Assembly: GCF_020745735.1 (NCBI RefSeq)
Contig: NC_083401.1
Location: forward strand, 78,861,740-78,925,739
Reading direction: 5' to 3'
Origin: Hemiscyllium ocellatum
Taxonomy: Eukaryota
DNA: 64,000 nt
A program made the translations under genes and the position numbers. Numbering within the stretch: the first letter of the stretch is position 1; every line of letters begins with the position of its first letter. The notes below the pieces were generated by a model. That model had not been told where the DNA came from. It searched no databases and was given only the letters and a program-made list of their open reading frames with translations. This document shows positions 61,991-64,000 of the stretch, in pieces.

Positions 61991-62147
61991 GTCCTTCCAA
62001 ACTTCCAAGAAAGCTAATAAAGCCACACAGCATATTGGTGAAAGCTGATGAATTTTCCTTGGTTGGTACCTGAGAATTAATTAATAGAGTTTAGTAATAT
62101 CTCTCGCTTGCACCCATCCTTCTCTCTGTGAGTCTACTCATCAATGA

Positions 62148-62354
62148 GTAAAAAATGAGGTCTGCAGATGCTGGAGATCACAGCTGCAAATGTGTTGCTG
62201 GTCAAAGCACAGCAGGTTAGGCAGCATCTCAGGAATAGAGAATTCGACGTTTCGAGCATAAGCCCTTCATCAGGAATTATGCTCGAAACGTCGAATTCTC
62301 TATTCCTGAGATGCTGCCTAACCTGCTGTGCTTTGACCAGCAACACATTTGCAG
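62148..62354. mobile_element. Very young hairpin PLE-derived insertion (family A), 14-bp TSD
   Basis: Perfect 80-bp arms 62182-62261 and 62277-62356, 15-nt loop; TSD CTACTCATCAATGA at 62134-62147 and 62355-62368. Confidence 0.95.
62240..62278 (-). ncRNA. Minimal type I hammerhead ribozyme with intact core
   Basis: Minus strand AATTC-CTGATGA-A-GGGC/TTAT/GCTC-GAAA-CGTC-GAATT: 5-bp stem I, 4-bp stem II, palindromic loop-less stem III (ACGT); predicted GUC cleavage between 62246 and 62245. Confidence 0.78.
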
Positions 62355-62422
62355 CTACTCATCAATGACCATGAAGAATCTGCTTTGTGGATTCGAGAGG
62401 TCAGTATAGTACGATTGACAGA

Positions 62423-63020
62423 TCTGAGTATAGGTGTTAGGAGGTCATGTTGCTGCTGTACGAGACATTGGTGAGGTCACTTTTGGAATATTGTGTGCAA
62501 TTCTGGTCTCCCTGCTATAGGAAGGTTATTGTGAAACTTAAAAGGGTTCAGAAAAGATTTACAAGGATGTTGCCAGGGTTGGAGAATTTGAGCCATAGGG
62601 AAAGGTTGAATAGGCTGGGGCTGTTATCATTGGATCGTTGGAGGTTAAGGGGTGACCTTATAGCAGTTTATAAAATCATGTGGGGCATGGATAGGATAAA
62701 TAGACACGATCTTTTCCCTGGGGTGGAGGAGTCCAGAACTAGAGGGCATAGGTTTAGGAGGAGAGAGGAGAGATTTAAAATGGATCTAAGGGGCAACGTT
62801 TTCATACAGAGGGTGGTGTGTGTATGGAATGAGCTGCCAGAGGAAGGGGTGGAGGTTGGTACAATTACAACATTAAAAAAGCATCTGGATGGGGTATAAG
62901 AATAGGAAGGGTTTAGAGGGATATGGGCCAAAAAATGGCAAATAGAACTGGAGAAATTTAGGATATCTGGTCAGCATGGACAAATTGGTGTGTTTCTGTG
63001 CTATATATCTCTAAGACTGT
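62423..63020 (+). mobile_element. CR1 3' fragment
   Basis: ORF 62447-62899 LYETLVRSLLEYCVQFWSP..RLRGDLIAVYKIM..WNELPEE. Confidence 0.92.
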
Positions 63021-63680
63021 ATCTGCAACAACACCCAGAACCAGTTTATAGCACAGGGAAAGGTTAATAATTCTGTCAAATTTTCTTCCATCAGCCTTAA
63101 TACACAATTGATGATTGATGCCCTGGGCTTTGCCAAAAAGAGTACCACCCTGAAAACTACATTATTCCCCAGTATCTCTACTTTGCCAGTTATCGAGTAG
63201 TTTTGATTTTGTGTCAGCCTATTTAATTTCTAGATTTTTTTGATGCTGCATTTATTTTTCCATGCATGGTTTTTGGCGGTTATATTTTGTGACTAAAACA
63301 CTTTCAGAAAAGCTGAAATATGTGAGAAAAATGCAGACAGTTTTATTATTGATGTTATTTTGCTCTTACCAGAAGGCAAAAACCAAGGGAAGGTGATTTC
63401 CTGTCCCACCCTCTTTCGACCCTGGGGGAATAATATTGGAAAAACCCTTGGAAATTCTGGTCTTCACCTTTTCTGGAAAATGTCCAGTGTTGACTTACTT
63501 CACTCTGCTCCACAAGTTCCTGTAGGCCATGGATGATTTACTCTGTGGTATGCTGACTTTTCATCTATGATATTCTGCCAGAAGTAATGAATTGAATCAC
63601 TGTCACCCTATCACACTCAGGATCAACTTTCACTCACCATCAACTAAAGAAAATTCAGAAACAGTTGAAATAAGATGACT

Positions 63681-64000
63681 AAGATCTCTGAGGATGAAAG
63701 ATCAGTCCTCAGCAGAGGCCTCACCTTCATTCCCCTACGTCCTCGGATCAATGAGTTCAACACGCAGCGAGATATTGAACAATTCTTCCGCCGCCTTCAC
63801 TTCCGTGCCTACTTTTACAACCAAGACTCCCGCCCACCCTCTGACGACCCCTTCGCCCGCCGCCAACACACCCCATCCACCTGGACACCCCGTGCTGGCC
63901 TCTTACCCACCCTCGATCTATTTATAGCCAACTGCCGCCGCGACATTAACCGACTCAACCTGTCCACCTCTCTCACCCACTCCAACCTCTCATCCTCAGA
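63681..64000 (+). mobile_element. Young PLE ORF, N-terminal region upstream of RT, open to the window end
   Basis: Frame from 63681: KISEDERSVLSRGLTFIPLRPRINEFNTQRDIEQFFRRLHFRAYF..STWTPRAGLLPTLDLFIANCRRDI..HSNLSSS; no stops; CpG-rich. Confidence 0.85.

Noticed and set aside
62134-62368. Mirror ORFs (62134-62346 minus, 62168-62368 plus) or a pre-miRNA gene
   Set aside because: By-products of the PLE palindrome; the TSD shows it is an insertion
1-64000. Prokaryotic systems (CRISPR arrays, operons, defence islands)
   Set aside because: The sequence is vertebrate repeat-rich DNA; no regularly spaced repeat-spacer array or gene-dense region

Overview
Repeat-rich eukaryotic DNA, almost certainly from a shark. 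The HE1/V-SINEs, CR1/HER1 LINEs with (CTATGACT)n tails and Penelope-like termini fit a bamboo or carpet shark; the taxon is an inference. I found no credible host protein-coding exon, so the window looks intronic or intergenic, and nearly all listed ORFs are TE fragments or chance frames. Content: (i) CR1 LINEs of several ages, including a near full-length copy with a 7-bp TSD that sits in an older CR1 and hosts a 5'-inverted CR1; (ii) HE1, Deu-domain and other tRNA-derived SINEs; (iii) a Rex1/Babar fragment and a second CR1-group LINE family; (iv) a pogo/Tigger-like MITE, a 1.3-kb long-inverted-repeat element and a candidate solo LTR; (v) many Penelope-like element (PLE) derivatives. The most striking signal is a set of short PLE-derived insertions (about 70-215 bp) with 12-15-bp TSDs. 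Six are hairpins, independent copies share fixed short-arm endpoints, and several carry minimal hammerhead ribozyme cores with a loop-less palindromic stem III (one intact at 62240-62278, minus strand). Also noted: a 55-bp local duplication, a fold-back insertion in a SINE and paired RFX X-boxes in unique DNA. There is a 142-nt N gap at 49283-49424. Family names come from motif recognition, not database searches, and boundaries of old repeats are approximate.
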